64,000 nt of DNA from Steroidobacteraceae bacterium (GCA_017853555.1 JAFMJH010000006.1:41585-105584); one strand, 5' to 3'; shown: positions 1 through 12,203, counted from the stretch's first letter. The notes: a model not told the origin generated them from the sequence alone. Made by a program: numbers and translations.

Positions 1-1
1 G

Positions 2-1174
2 CCGCTGCCCTCGAACCTCTCGGGCAACCACGGCAAAGCGCCCTCCTCGGGGCGGCTGTTTTTCCAGACGCAACGCCTGAGCTCGGTCCTGCCGGACACC
101 CTGCCTGGCCAGGGCAACGACAACGCGATCCTGTCGCAGACCCTCGCGCTGCAAGCCTTGCACACCGACCGTCAGGTCGTGCTCGTGTCGAAGGACATCA
201 ACCTGCGCATCAAGGCGGCGGTGGTCGGGGTACACGCCGAGGACTACTTCAGCGATCGCAGCATCGAAGATGCCGACATCCTCTACCGCGGCGCCGAAGT
301 GTTGGCGGCGGACTTCTGGGAGCGTCACGGCAAGAACATGCGCTCGTGGAAGGAAGGCGCGCGCACGTACTACGAACTCACCGGCCCCGCCGTCGCCGCA
401 TGGACCGTCAACCAGTTCGTCTTCGAGGACCGCGATGGCGGCCTCGCCGCGATCGTGCGACGCGTGCAAGGCAACGTCGCCACGCTCGAGCTCGTGCGCG
501 ACTTCAGCGGCGAGCGCAACGGCGTGTGGGGGATCGCCGCACGCAATCGCGAACAGAACTTCGCGCTCAATCTTTTGATGGATCCGGACATCGACTTCAT
601 TTCGATTCTCGGGCCCGCCGGCACGGGCAAAACCTTGCTGACGCTCGCCGCCGGGTTGCTGCAGACGCTCGAACACAATCGCTACGCCGAAATCATCATG
701 ACGCGCGTGACGATCCCGCTCGGCGAGGACATCGGCTTTTTGCCCGGCACGGAAGAAGAAAAAATGGAGCCGTGGATGGGTGCGCTGATGGACAACCTCG
801 AAGTGCTCACGCACAGCGCCGAGGGCGGCAGCTGGGGACGCGCGGCCACCAACGACCTGCTCCGCAATCGGATCAAAATCCGCTCGCTGAATTTCATGCG
901 CGGCCGCACCTTCCTCAATCGCTTCGTGATCATCGACGAAGCGCAAAATCTCACGCCCAAGCAGATGAAAGCGCTGGTCACGCGCGCAGGTCCGGGCACG
1001 AAGATGATCTGCCTCGGCAACATCGCGCAGATCGACACCCCCTACCTCACCGAAACGACCTCCGGTCTCACCTACGTGGTGACGCGGTTCCAGGGTTGGG
1101 GACATGCGGGACACATCACTTTGGTGCGCGGCGAGCGCTCGCGGCTTGCGGATTACGCGTCCGAAACCTTGTGA
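2..1174 (+). CDS. PhoH2-type protein (PIN nuclease domain fused to PhoH ATPase domain), 5' end cut by the window edge
   Basis: The frame is open from nt 2. It has a PIN-like segment (NDNAILSQTLALQ...VVLVSKDINLRIKA), Walker A GPAGTGKT and Walker B-like FVIIDEAQN. Stop at 1172-1174. Confidence 0.85.
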   Translation, partial: PLPSNLSGNHGKAPSSGRLFFQTQRLSSVLPDTLPGQGNDNAILSQTLALQALHTDRQVVLVSKDINLRIKAAVVGVHAEDYFSDRSIEDADILYRGAEVLAADFWERHGKNMRSWKEGARTYYELTGPAVAAWTVNQFVFEDRDGGLAAIVRRVQGNVATLELVRDFSGERNGVWGIAARNREQNFALNLLMDPDIDFISILGPAGTGKTLLTLAAGLLQTLEHNRYAEIIMTRVTIPLGEDIGFLPGTEEEKMEPWMGALMDNLEVLTHSAEGGSWGRAATNDLLRNRIKIRSLNFMRGRTFLNRFVIIDEAQNLTPKQMKALVTRAGPGTKMICLGNIAQIDTPYLTETTSGLTYVVTRFQGWGHAGHITLVRGERSRLADYASETL

Positions 1175-1205
1175 ACTTTCAGCCCCGCGTTCGGTCTGTC
1201 GAGTG

Positions 1206-2696
1206 ATGCGTCGCATCCTCATCGCCTGCTCCGCGCTGCTGGCCGCAACCCTCGCAGCGGGCGTCACGGCGCAGAACCGCACGGGCAGCGATCTGCCGGC
1301 CATCGGCTCCGCGGGCGACTCCGTCATCAGTCGCGACGAGGAATATCAACTCGGTCGGATGGTCGTGGCGGGTCTGCGCGATCAAGGGCAAATACTCGAT
1401 GATCCCGAGATCAACGATTACATCCAGAATCTCGGCAGTCGCATCGCCGCACAAGCGCAGGAGAGCCCGCAGCGCTTCCAGTTTTTCGTGGTGCGCGATG
1501 CGCGCATCAACGCCTTCGCGTTGCCCGGCGGTTTCATCGGCGTCAATCAAGGCCTGATCACCGCCACGGCCAACGAAGCGCAACTGGCGAGCGTGCTCGC
1601 GCACGAAATCGCGCACGTCACGCAGCGCCACATCGCGCGCTCGATCCAGGCACAGGGGAAACAAGGCATGGCCTCCGCTGCCGCCATCCTCGCCTCGATC
1701 CTGATCGGCGCGGTCACCGGCACGCCCGATGCCGCGATGGCCGGCATGGCCGTCGCGCAAGGCGCCGCGGCGCAATCGAGCATCAATTTCACCCGCGCCA
1801 ACGAATACGAAGCCGACCGGATCGGCATCGGCTTTCTGGCGGCCGCGGGTTTCGACCCGAACGCGATGCCGGACCTGTTCGAAACGCTCGGTCGTCGTGC
1901 GGGCCCCGCGATCTATCAAGCACCCGAATTTCTGCAAACGCATCCGGTGAGTGCGAATCGCATCGCCGAGTCGCGCGATCGTGCCGCCTTGTTGAAGCCC
2001 GCGATCACCGCCGAGTCGCTCGCGTATTCGTTCGTGCGCGAACGCGTGCGCGTGCTCGGCGCAGGCGAAGACGCCGATTTGAGCAAGTATTACGCGGCCC
2101 TCGCCGACACTCGACCGCTCACCCCGGCGCAGCGCTACGGCGAATCTTTGGCCCGACTCGGACGCGGCGACCGCGAGCGTGCGGCGAGCGCACTCATCGA
2201 ACTCGCCGCCTCGCAACCGCAAAGCCCGATGTTGCAAGCCGCTCTGGGCCAGGCACAATTCGCCGCCGGTTGGCCGGACCTCGCGCTGCAAACCCTGCGC
2301 ACCGCGCTCGACGTGGCGCCGCGCAACGTGCCGCTGACCATTCGCTACGCCGAAGTGCTGTTGCGCACCGGCGGCGCCAAGCAAGCGCATCAACTATTGC
2401 TCGACCTGTTCAACAACGTGGCGCCGACGCCCGAACAGATTCGTTTCACCGCCCTCGCCGCGAGCGCAGCCGGCGATACCGCCGACGCGTACTACTACAT
2501 GTCCGAGTACCACATCGCCGGCGGCGATCTGTCCGTGGCGGTCAAACAACTGGAGCTGGCGCTCGCCGACCCCGCCATCAGTGCGGTGCAGCGCGCACGC
2601 TTCGAGGCGCGTTCCAAGGAAATTCGCGAGGCATTGGCGGCCAACCGCAAGCATCGTGATCGATCACGACCCGATGCTGATAAAATGCCGCGATGA
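1206..2696 (+). CDS. bepA: M48 metalloprotease with TPR C-terminal half (BepA/YfgC-like beta-barrel assembly-enhancing protease)
   Basis: Signal peptide MRRILIACSALLAATLAAGVTAQ and HEXXH motif LAHEIAHVTQRH, with a TPR-like C-terminus. ATG 1206 is preferred over ATG 1104, which overlaps the preceding gene. Confidence 0.85.
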   Translation: MRRILIACSALLAATLAAGVTAQNRTGSDLPAIGSAGDSVISRDEEYQLGRMVVAGLRDQGQILDDPEINDYIQNLGSRIAAQAQESPQRFQFFVVRDARINAFALPGGFIGVNQGLITATANEAQLASVLAHEIAHVTQRHIARSIQAQGKQGMASAAAILASILIGAVTGTPDAAMAGMAVAQGAAAQSSINFTRANEYEADRIGIGFLAAAGFDPNAMPDLFETLGRRAGPAIYQAPEFLQTHPVSANRIAESRDRAALLKPAITAESLAYSFVRERVRVLGAGEDADLSKYYAALADTRPLTPAQRYGESLARLGRGDRERAASALIELAASQPQSPMLQAALGQAQFAAGWPDLALQTLRTALDVAPRNVPLTIRYAEVLLRTGGAKQAHQLLLDLFNNVAPTPEQIRFTALAASAAGDTADAYYYMSEYHIAGGDLSVAVKQLELALADPAISAVQRARFEARSKEIREALAANRKHRDRSRPDADKMPR

Positions 2697-3499
2697 TCCC
2701 GTCGTATCGTCCGCGCACGACTGCCACTGCCGCGTGGCAGTTCGCCTGCGCCGCATTGATGTTGCTGACGTTGAGCGGTTGCGCAAGCAGCACGCGTCTG
2801 TCGAACCCGCGCGATCCGCGCGACCCCTTCGAGCCTTTCAACCGCGTGATGTACGACGTCAACGATCGACTCGACGACGTGGTCGGTCGGCCGCTCGTGC
2901 ACGGCTACGTGGCCGTCACGCCCTCGTTCGTGCGTACCGGCGTCTCGAATTTCTACGGCAACGCCAAATATCCCGTCACGCTCATCAATGACGCATTGCA
3001 GGGCAAGTTTGCGGCCGCAGGCACCGATGCGCTGCGCTTCGCGCTCAACAGCACGCTCGGATTGGGCGGCCTGCTCGATCCGGCCTCCGGGATCGGTCTC
3101 GTGCGCAACGACGAAGATTTCGCCCAGACGTTGGGGGTGTGGGGCGTCCCGGAGGGACCGTATCTGCTCATCCCGGGTTTGGGCCCCTACACCCTGCTCG
3201 AGGCATTCGGATCATTGGGCAACCGGTACGGCGAACTCGAAACCTACATCGAGGACGACAGTACGCGCTGGAGCATCTGGGCCGGCGACAAGTTCGATCA
3301 TCGCGTACGTCTGACGCAGGTGGACAAAGTGGTGCGGCGCACGAGCGACGCCTATACCTTCGTGCGCAACTCGTATTTGCGTCGGCGGCAGTATCAGACC
3401 TTGGATGGCAATGTGCCGCCCGAGGGCGTGGAACTCGATCCGTATTCGGACGAGCTCACCGACCCGGAAGCGGAACCAGCCAGTCCTGCACCTCGCTGA
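2693..3499 (+). CDS. mlaA: Outer-membrane lipoprotein MlaA (VacJ family)
   Basis: ATGA overlap with the bepA stop. Lipobox LTLSGC and the VacJ signature FEPFNRVMYDVNDRLD...SNFYGN. Confidence 0.9.
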   Translation: MIPSYRPRTTATAAWQFACAALMLLTLSGCASSTRLSNPRDPRDPFEPFNRVMYDVNDRLDDVVGRPLVHGYVAVTPSFVRTGVSNFYGNAKYPVTLINDALQGKFAAAGTDALRFALNSTLGLGGLLDPASGIGLVRNDEDFAQTLGVWGVPEGPYLLIPGLGPYTLLEAFGSLGNRYGELETYIEDDSTRWSIWAGDKFDHRVRLTQVDKVVRRTSDAYTFVRNSYLRRRQYQTLDGNVPPEGVELDPYSDELTDPEAEPASPAPR

Positions 3500-3767
3500 T
3501 TGCGGCCAGTTGCCGCAACGATTCGGGCAGGTTGATCCACCCGATCGGCCGCGAACGTCGCGCCGCCATCGCGAGCCACTCGAGCAACACCGCAAGCCCC
3601 GCCGAGTCGACGTGCGTGAGCCCCGCGCAGTCGATCTGCAACTCCGCGCTGCCCGCGTTGATCATGCGTTCGCCAGCGGCGAGCGCGGTGGCGGCGGTGG
3701 CAAAACCGAGCGCCCCCTGCAAACGCAGCGTGGATTCGTCGACCAACTGAACCTCGAACGCGGACAT
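3456..3767 (-). CDS. mlaB: STAS-domain protein MlaB
   Basis: 103-aa STAS/anti-sigma-antagonist-like sequence (THVDSAGLAVLLEW) immediately downstream of mlaC. Its 3' end overlaps the mlaA 3' end by 44 nt. Confidence 0.8.
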   Translation of the reverse strand: MSAFEVQLVDESTLRLQGALGFATAATALAAGERMINAGSAELQIDCAGLTHVDSAGLAVLLEWLAMAARRSRPIGWINLPESLRQLAAISEVQDWLVPLPGR

Positions 3768-3771
3768 CGCT

Positions 3772-4467
3772 TCAGCGCGCGCCGTTGGCGGACTTCGCCG
3801 GACCCTTGCGCTGCGACTCGAGTCGCTGGATCACGGCGTCCAGACCTTTCTGGTCGATCTCGGAGCCGAAGTCTTCGCGGAAACTTTTGACGTAGCTCAC
3901 GCCTTCGATGACGACATCCCAGGCCTTCCAACCCGTCTCGGTCTTGCGCAGCACGTAGTTGACCGGAATCTTCTCGCCGTTGCTGCGCTTGACCTCCGTG
4001 CGCACGACCGCCGCCGTGGCATCGGCAGGCACCGGCGTCGGCAATACTTTGATGCGATCGCCCGTGAACTCGATCAAGGCATCGCCGTAGTTGCCCATCA
4101 GCGAACCGTAGAACGCGTCGACGAAGCGCTTGCGCTGCTCGGGGGTCGCGCCGCGGTAATGCTTGCCGAGCACCAGGCGCGAGGCATATTCGACGTCGAA
4201 ATGCGGCAGCAGCACGCGCTCTACGACACCGTACAAGCGGTCCGGGTTTTTGCGAAACTCGCTGCGCCGCGCATCGAGCTCGGCCAGCATGGCGTTCGCC
4301 GACGACTCGATCAGTTGATTGGGGTCGCCGGCGTCGATCTTGAGTTCAGCCGCGGCGCGCTGCTCGGCAGGCGCCGACGGCGAGTACGCGAACCCCGCGC
4401 ACAGCGCCAAGAATGCGAGATTGACGATGCGAGACGCGACGCGCGTACGCTCGAGACGATGATTCAT
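3772..4467 (-). CDS. mlaC: Periplasmic phospholipid-binding protein MlaC (Ttg2D/toluene tolerance family)
   Basis: Signal peptide, MlaC-like sequence (LLPHFDVEYASRLVLGKHYR) and position between mlaD and mlaB. Confidence 0.88.
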   Translation of the reverse strand: MNHRLERTRVASRIVNLAFLALCAGFAYSPSAPAEQRAAAELKIDAGDPNQLIESSANAMLAELDARRSEFRKNPDRLYGVVERVLLPHFDVEYASRLVLGKHYRGATPEQRKRFVDAFYGSLMGNYGDALIEFTGDRIKVLPTPVPADATAAVVRTEVKRSNGEKIPVNYVLRKTETGWKAWDVVIEGVSYVKSFREDFGSEIDQKGLDAVIQRLESQRKGPAKSANGAR

Positions 4468-4955
4468 TTGGCGCCCTCCGTGCTGTCAGACCCTTTGCTC
4501 GCGAAGTTGGCGAAGAATTTGTTGACCAGCGACTCGAGCACGATCGCCGACTGCGTGAATTCGATGCGACCGCCTTCTTTCAGACTGACCTCGGAGCCAC
4601 CGGCCGAGATGCCGACGTACTTGCCACCGAGCAGACCCTGGGTCTGGATGCTGGCGTCGCTGTCGTCCGGGATCTTGTCGTACTTGCGATCGATGCGCAG
4701 CGCGACGACGGCGCGGAAATCACTGGGATCGAAACCGATCGATTCGACCCGACCGATGGTGACGCCGGCCATGCTGACGGCGGAGCCCACCTTGAGATCG
4801 CCGACGTTGTCGAAGCGCGCGATGACGCGATAGCCGTCGACGCCACCCATCTTCAAACCGCTGTTGGGTAACTGCGTGGTCAAAAACACCAGTGCGGCGA
4901 ATCCGAGCAGGACGAACAGGCCGGTGCCGATTTCGAGAGCGCGTTGCGATTTCAT
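4464..4955 (-). CDS. mlaD: MCE-domain protein MlaD
   Basis: N-terminal TM helix plus an MCE domain (YRVIARFDNVGDLKVGSAVSMAGVTIGRV). Overlaps the mlaC start. Confidence 0.92.
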   Translation of the reverse strand: MKSQRALEIGTGLFVLLGFAALVFLTTQLPNSGLKMGGVDGYRVIARFDNVGDLKVGSAVSMAGVTIGRVESIGFDPSDFRAVVALRIDRKYDKIPDDSDASIQTQGLLGGKYVGISAGGSEVSLKEGGRIEFTQSAIVLESLVNKFFANFASKGSDSTEGAK

Positions 4956-4959
4956 GGAA

Positions 4960-5706
4960 TTACCTTGCCAAAAATGCGGCCGTGAGCAAGTAGTCGATCA
5001 ACAAAGTCAGTACCGACGACACCACCACGGTACGCGTCGTCGCGAGCCCCACCCCTTCGGCGGTCGGCTCGGCGTGGAATCCTTCGTAGACGGCGACGAG
5101 ACTGCAGGCGACGCCGAAACACAGGCTTTTGGTCAGACCCTCGGCGACGTCGCGAAGTTCGACGGCCGCCTGCATTTGCGACCAGAACGCCCCGGCATCG
5201 ACGCCCATCATGCCCACGCCGACGAGCTGCGCGCCGAACAAACCGATCACGTCGAAAATCGCGACCAACAACGGCAAGGCGACGATCCCGCCGAGCAAGC
5301 GCGGCGCGATCACGTGACGCACCGGATCGACCGCCATCATTTCCATGGCGGTGAGCTGATCCGTCGCCCGCATCAAACCGATTTCCGACGCCAGCGCCGT
5401 CCCGGCGCGCCCGGCGAACAACAGCGCGGTGACGACCGGCCCCAATTCTTTGAGCAACCCGAGCGCCGCGGCCACGCCGAGCGCCGACTCCGAACCGAAG
5501 CGCTGCAACAGATCGTAGCCTTGCAAACCTAGCACCATGCCTACGAACAGGCCCGAGAGCATGATGATGATCAGCGAGCGCGCGCCGCAGTTGTGGATCT
5601 GGTGCACGATCGCGCGCGGCTTCGCCAAGGCCGCCGGACACTGCGCGAGGATGCGCACGAGAAACAACGCGACCGCACCGACGCGTCGCAAGGCCGCCAC
5701 GATCAT
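4960..5706 (-). CDS. mlaE: ABC permease MlaE
   Basis: Only the last 249 codons of the 552-aa ORF 4960..6618 look like a protein (MIVAALRRVGAV...polytopic permease). ATG 5706 overlaps the mlaF stop (ATGA). Confidence 0.92.
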   Translation of the reverse strand: MIVAALRRVGAVALFLVRILAQCPAALAKPRAIVHQIHNCGARSLIIIMLSGLFVGMVLGLQGYDLLQRFGSESALGVAAALGLLKELGPVVTALLFAGRAGTALASEIGLMRATDQLTAMEMMAVDPVRHVIAPRLLGGIVALPLLVAIFDVIGLFGAQLVGVGMMGVDAGAFWSQMQAAVELRDVAEGLTKSLCFGVACSLVAVYEGFHAEPTAEGVGLATTRTVVVSSVLTLLIDYLLTAAFLAR

Positions 5707-6536
5707 CGACGACCGCCGAGCAGTTGCGCGCGGTAATCGTCGGCCGGATAGTGAAATGCGACCGGTCCGTCGGCCTCGCCTGCCATGAACTGCCGCACCG
5801 CCGGCTGCGCGCTCGCGGCGAGTTCGGCGGGCGTGCCGGCGGCAACCACCTTGCCGCCCGAGAGCAGATAACTGTGATCGGCGAGCGCGGCGAGCTCCGC
5901 GACGTCGTGCGAGACGACGATCGTGGTGATGCCGAGCGCGCGATGGATACGACCGATCAAGCGGACGATCACGCCCATCGAGATCGGATCGAGACCCACG
6001 AACGGCTCGTCGTAGATGAGCAGCTCGGGATCCATCACGATGGCGCGCGCGAGCGCCACGCGACGCGCCATGCCGCCCGAAAGCTGCGCAGGCATGAGGT
6101 CGGCGGCGCCGCGCAAACCCACCGCCTGCAATTTGGTGAGCACGAGCTGTCGCAGCACCGACTCGGGCAGACGCGCATGCGCGCGCACCGGAAACGCGAC
6201 GTTCTCGAACACCGTCAGGTCGGTGAGCAACGCACCGTTTTGAAAGAGCATTCCCATGCGCCGACGCATGGCATAGCGCGCATCGCGATCCTGTGTCGCG
6301 AGCGACTCGCCGAACACGGTCACGCTGCCGGCCGCAGGCTCGATCTGGCCGGTAATCAAGCGCAACAAAGTCGTCTTGCCGGTGCCGCTCGGACCCATGA
6401 TGGCGGTGATCGCACCGCGACGCGCCTGCACGTCGAGGCCCTGAAACACCGGCCGACCCGCGAGCGAAAACTGCACATCCCGCACCGCGACCACGGGTGA
6501 CGAAGCAGCGTCGACGGTTGAGCTCGAATCGGACAA
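5703..6536 (-). CDS. mlaF: ABC ATPase MlaF
   Basis: Walker A GPSGTGKTTLL, signature LSGGMARRVALARA and Walker B LLIYDEP. I prefer the TTG start at 6536 because GAGGGAGA lies 6 nt upstream. The track start (TTG 6572) has no RBS and is an alternative. Confidence 0.9.
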   Translation of the reverse strand: MSDSSSTVDAASSPVVAVRDVQFSLAGRPVFQGLDVQARRGAITAIMGPSGTGKTTLLRLITGQIEPAAGSVTVFGESLATQDRDARYAMRRRMGMLFQNGALLTDLTVFENVAFPVRAHARLPESVLRQLVLTKLQAVGLRGAADLMPAQLSGGMARRVALARAIVMDPELLIYDEPFVGLDPISMGVIVRLIGRIHRALGITTIVVSHDVAELAALADHSYLLSGGKVVAAGTPAELAASAQPAVRQFMAGEADGPVAFHYPADDYRAQLLGGRR

Positions 6537-6563
6537 GGGGGGTCTCCCTCGAAGGGGCGCGGA

Positions 6564-6593
6564 TTGTACCAAACGGCGAATCGGGACTAAAAT
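6564..6593 (+). promoter_or_regulatory. Candidate sigma70 promoter of the suf operon (TTGTAC-18 nt-TAAAAT) that would give a nearly leaderless transcript
   Basis: The hexamers were read directly. The -10 ends 8 nt before the ATG at 6602, and no Shine-Dalgarno precedes that ATG. Confidence 0.35.
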
Positions 6594-6601
6594 GGTCCGG
6601 T

Positions 6602-7087
6602 ATGATCCGAATCAGCAAAATGACGGACTATGCGACGGTGCTGCTCGCCGCCCTCGCCCATGCGGGGGGTGAGCGCCTCAGCACGGCTGCACTCGCCGAG
6701 CGGACCCACATCGCCGCGACCACCGTCGCCAAGGTGCTGAAGCTTTTGCATCGCGGCGGTCTCGTGCACTCGACGCGCGGCTTGCACGGCGGCTACGCCC
6801 TCGCCAAGCCCGCGGCCGCGATCTCGGCCGCCGCCATCCTCGATGCGCTCGAAGGTCCGGTGGCGGTCACCGATTGCTCCGCGGGCAGCGGTCACTGCCA
6901 GATCGAAACCACCTGCGGCGTCGGTCGTGCCTGGCAGCGTGTGAATCTCGCCATCCGGCGTTCGCTCTATGACGTGAGTCTCGCGCAGCTGGCCGGCATA
7001 GACACCACGGCGCTGCGCCTCGGCGCCTTCGAGCGTGAACTTTTGCCTGCGGCCGGTGGCCGCGCTGCCGCCGCCATTCGGCGCTGA
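6602..7087 (+). CDS. Rrf2-family transcriptional regulator (SUF system Fe-S regulator / IscR-like)
   Basis: N-terminal w[21 protein letters not shown]...[10 protein letters not shown] and a Cys cluster [16 protein letters not shown]. Lies directly upstream of sufB. Confidence 0.9.
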   Translation: MIRISKMTDYATVLLAALAHAGGERLSTAALAERTHIAATTVAKVLKLLHRGGLVHSTRGLHGGYALAKPAAAISAAAILDALEGPVAVTDCSAGSGHCQIETTCGVGRAWQRVNLAIRRSLYDVSLAQLAGIDTTALRLGAFERELLPAAGGRAAAAIRR

Positions 7088-7097
7088 AGGTCAGATC

Positions 7098-8540
<1,443 letters not shown>

Positions 8541-8557
8541 GCACGAGGGAGTCCGCC

Positions 8558-9304
<747 letters not shown>

Positions 9305-9324
9305 CGCCTGCAGCCCCTTATCCC

Positions 9325-10503
9325 ATGAGTCAGAGCGTGTCATCCCTGCCCTCCACTCGTGACGAGAACTGGAAATACGCCAGTTTGCGTGCGCTCTCCA
9401 ATGCACGCTTCGACGCCTTGCCGACGCCGGACGAGGGCGCGATCGCCCGCGCCGCCACGCTGCTGACGCCCCGCCCGGACGGCTTCGTACGCCTCGTGCT
9501 GGTCGACGGCTGCTTCGCACCGTCTTTGTCCGACCCGCTGCCCCGTGGAGCGGTACGCAGCAACCCGTCGCGGATCGAAACACCGGACGACGTGGACCAT
9601 TTGTTCGCGACCCTGAACGCCCGTCATGCCAGAGAGGCTTTGCACGTCACCACAGACCGAGAGGCAGCCCTGCAGTTGGAGATCTGGTGCATCAGCGTCA
9701 GCGCCCAGACCGATGGAGCCGCTCACCCCTTGCTGCGCATCGAGGTCGGTGCGGGCGGGCAACTTGATCTCGTCGAACGTCACGCGAGTGCACCGGACAC
9801 GCCGACGCTCACCAATCTCGCGTTGTACTTGACGCTCGCGCGTGACGCGCAGGCACGCATCGTGCGCACGCAAGCCTGCGATCTGCGCGCCCAACACCAG
9901 GAAACGCTGCAGATCGATTTGCAGTCGGGCACCCGCTGCGAGCTCGTGCAGATCACCGACGGCGCGGCCCACGCGCGAACCACCGCATTCGTGCGCCACA
10001 TCGGCCGCGAGTCGCGCCTGCGCTGGGCGTCGGCGGCGCTCGGCCGCGGTACGCAGGTTCAGGATGCCTACGTGCACGTGGATCACGCCGCGCCCGGTGC
10101 ACGCACCGAGCAATTCTTCCGCGGCATCGCGAACGATCGCGCCCGGGTCGCCTTCAACGGCCACATGAAAGTCGCCCGCGGCGCAACGGATTGCAACTCC
10201 GACCAATCGCTCAAATGTTTGCTCGCCGGCAACGACGCCGAGGCCGACGTACGCCCGCAACTCGAAATCCACACCGACGCGGTGCAGGCGAGTCATGGCG
10301 CGACGGTGGGCAAGCTCGATGACACCATGAAGTTCTATCTGCTCTCGCGCGGCCTCGACCCGGAGGTCGCCGAAAATCTTTTGAAGTGGGCGTTCATCGC
10401 CGACGTCATCGCCCGTATCCCGCTGCCGCAAATCCGCACGCAGCTCGCGCGCGAAGTCGCAAGCCGCATGCCGGGTGCGCCACCGTTCGGAGTCGAATCG
10501 TGA
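9325..10503 (+). CDS. sufD: Fe-S cluster assembly protein SufD
   Basis: SufBD-family C-terminal region (PQLEIHTDAVQASHGATVGKLDDTMKFYLLSRGL) and position between sufC and sufS. Confidence 0.93.
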   Translation: MSQSVSSLPSTRDENWKYASLRALSNARFDALPTPDEGAIARAATLLTPRPDGFVRLVLVDGCFAPSLSDPLPRGAVRSNPSRIETPDDVDHLFATLNARHAREALHVTTDREAALQLEIWCISVSAQTDGAAHPLLRIEVGAGGQLDLVERHASAPDTPTLTNLALYLTLARDAQARIVRTQACDLRAQHQETLQIDLQSGTRCELVQITDGAAHARTTAFVRHIGRESRLRWASAALGRGTQVQDAYVHVDHAAPGARTEQFFRGIANDRARVAFNGHMKVARGATDCNSDQSLKCLLAGNDAEADVRPQLEIHTDAVQASHGATVGKLDDTMKFYLLSRGLDPEVAENLLKWAFIADVIARIPLPQIRTQLAREVASRMPGAPPFGVES

Positions 10504-11726
10504 GCGGCGCGCCGTACGACGTCGCACGGGTCCGTGCCGACTTTCCGATCCTTGCCACGCAGGTACGCGGCAAGCGGCTCGCATTTCTCGATACGGCCGC
10601 CTCGTCGCAACGCCCGCTCGCCGTGCTCGAAGCGGTCGATCATTACGAGCGCACGAGCCATGCCAACGTGCACCGCGGCGTCTACCAGCTGAGCCAAAAA
10701 GCGACCGATGCGTTCGAGGGCGCACGCGAACGCGTGCGCCGCTTCCTCAACGCCTCGAGCACGCGCGAGATCATCTTCACGCGCGGCACGACCGAGTCGA
10801 TCAACCTCGTCGCCCAGTCCTGGGGCCGCAGGCTCGGACCCGGCGACGAAATTTTGATCACGTGGATGGAGCATCACGCGAACATCGTGCCCTGGCAGAT
10901 GCTCTGCGAGCGCAGCGGCGCGACGCTCAAAGTCGCGCCCATCACGCTGCGCGGCGAACTCGATCTCGAGGCCTTCGAGGCCCTCATCTCGCCGCGCACC
11001 AAACTCGTCGCCTGCACGCAGATCGCGAATGCACTCGGCACGGTGCTGCCGCTCGAGCGCATGATCGCCGCCGCCAAACGCGTCGGCGCGCTCACGCTCG
11101 TCGACGGTGCACAGGCGGTCTCGCATCAGCGCGTCGACCTGCGTGCGCTCGACTGCGACTTCTACGCCTTCTCGAGCCACAAGCTCTACGGACCCACGGG
11201 ACTCGGCGTGCTGTATGCGCGCGAGTCGGTGTTGCGCGAGATGCCGCCGTGGCAAGGCGGCGGCGACATGATCCTCACCGTGTCGTTCACGCGTACCACC
11301 TACGCTGAGCTGCCCTATCGCTTCGAAGCGGGGACGCCGCATATCGCCGGAGCCGTGGGGCTCGCCGCCGCCATGGACTACCTCGACGGACTCGGACTCG
11401 AGCGCGTGCAGCAGCACGAGCAAGCCCTGCTCGCTCGTGCGACGCGCGCGCTGCGCGCCATCCCGGGCCTGCGCATCATCGGCGAGGCGGCGCACAAAGC
11501 CGGCGTGATCTCGTTCGTGCTCGAAAACGTGCACCCGCACGACCTCGGAACGATCCTCGATGACGAGGGTGTCGCGATCCGCACCGGCCATCACTGCGCG
11601 ATGCCGGTGATGGAATTCTTCGATGTCCCGGCGACCGCCCGCGCGTCTTTCGGATGTTATTCGGACGACGCCGACGTCGACCAACTGGCCGCCGCACTCG
11701 GCCGCGCCCGCGAGGTATTCGGCTGA
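10500..11726 (+). CDS. sufS: Cysteine desulfurase SufS (class II aminotransferase V)
   Basis: The GTG at 10500 overlaps the sufD stop (GTGA). PLP-Lys motif SSHKLYGPTG and catalytic loop RTGHHCA. Confidence 0.95.
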   Translation: MSGAPYDVARVRADFPILATQVRGKRLAFLDTAASSQRPLAVLEAVDHYERTSHANVHRGVYQLSQKATDAFEGARERVRRFLNASSTREIIFTRGTTESINLVAQSWGRRLGPGDEILITWMEHHANIVPWQMLCERSGATLKVAPITLRGELDLEAFEALISPRTKLVACTQIANALGTVLPLERMIAAAKRVGALTLVDGAQAVSHQRVDLRALDCDFYAFSSHKLYGPTGLGVLYARESVLREMPPWQGGGDMILTVSFTRTTYAELPYRFEAGTPHIAGAVGLAAAMDYLDGLGLERVQQHEQALLARATRALRAIPGLRIIGEAAHKAGVISFVLENVHPHDLGTILDDEGVAIRTGHHCAMPVMEFFDVPATARASFGCYSDDADVDQLAAALGRAREVFG

Positions 11727-12187
11727 TGGATCTCAAAGATTTGTATCGCGACGTGATCCTCGATCACAACAAGCAGCCGCGCAATTTCGGCCGCCTCGAC
11801 CCCTGCGACACCTCGGCCGACGGCAACAATCCCTTGTGCGGCGATCGGCTCACCGTCACGCTGCGCATCGCCGGCGGACGCGTCAGCGACATCCGCTTCG
11901 AGGGCAAGGGCTGCGCGATCTCCACGGCATCGGCCTCGCTCATGACCGAAGCGGTCAAAGGACTCGACGCCGCACAGATCCACGCGCTGCATGCGCGCGT
12001 GCACGGCATGCTCACCGAGCACGGCGATGCCCTGCCGCCGACCGATCTCGGCAAGCTCGCGGCGCTCGCGGGCGTGCGCGAATATCCGGCGCGCGTGAAG
12101 TGTGCGAGTCTCTGCTGGCACACGCTGGACGCCGCACTCGCCCACGCGGCCGATGCACCGGGCGCGGCCACCGTTTCCACCGAATGA
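11726..12187 (+). CDS. sufU: SUF-system NifU-family sulfur acceptor/scaffold SufU
   Basis: The ATG overlaps the sufS stop (TGATG). Signature LYRDVILDHNKQPRNFG...NPLCGDRL...GKGCAIS. Confidence 0.9.
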   Translation: MDLKDLYRDVILDHNKQPRNFGRLDPCDTSADGNNPLCGDRLTVTLRIAGGRVSDIRFEGKGCAISTASASLMTEAVKGLDAAQIHALHARVHGMLTEHGDALPPTDLGKLAALAGVREYPARVKCASLCWHTLDAALAHAADAPGAATVSTE

Positions 12188-12203
12188 CACCGCGGAATAC
12201 GCC

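Noticed and set aside
5707-6618. N-terminal 300 aa of the 552-aa ORF 4960..6618, suggesting a fused MlaF-MlaE protein.
   Set aside because: This part is an out-of-frame read-through over mlaF with an Arg-rich nonsense translation. Real MlaE starts at ATG 5706, overlapping the mlaF stop.
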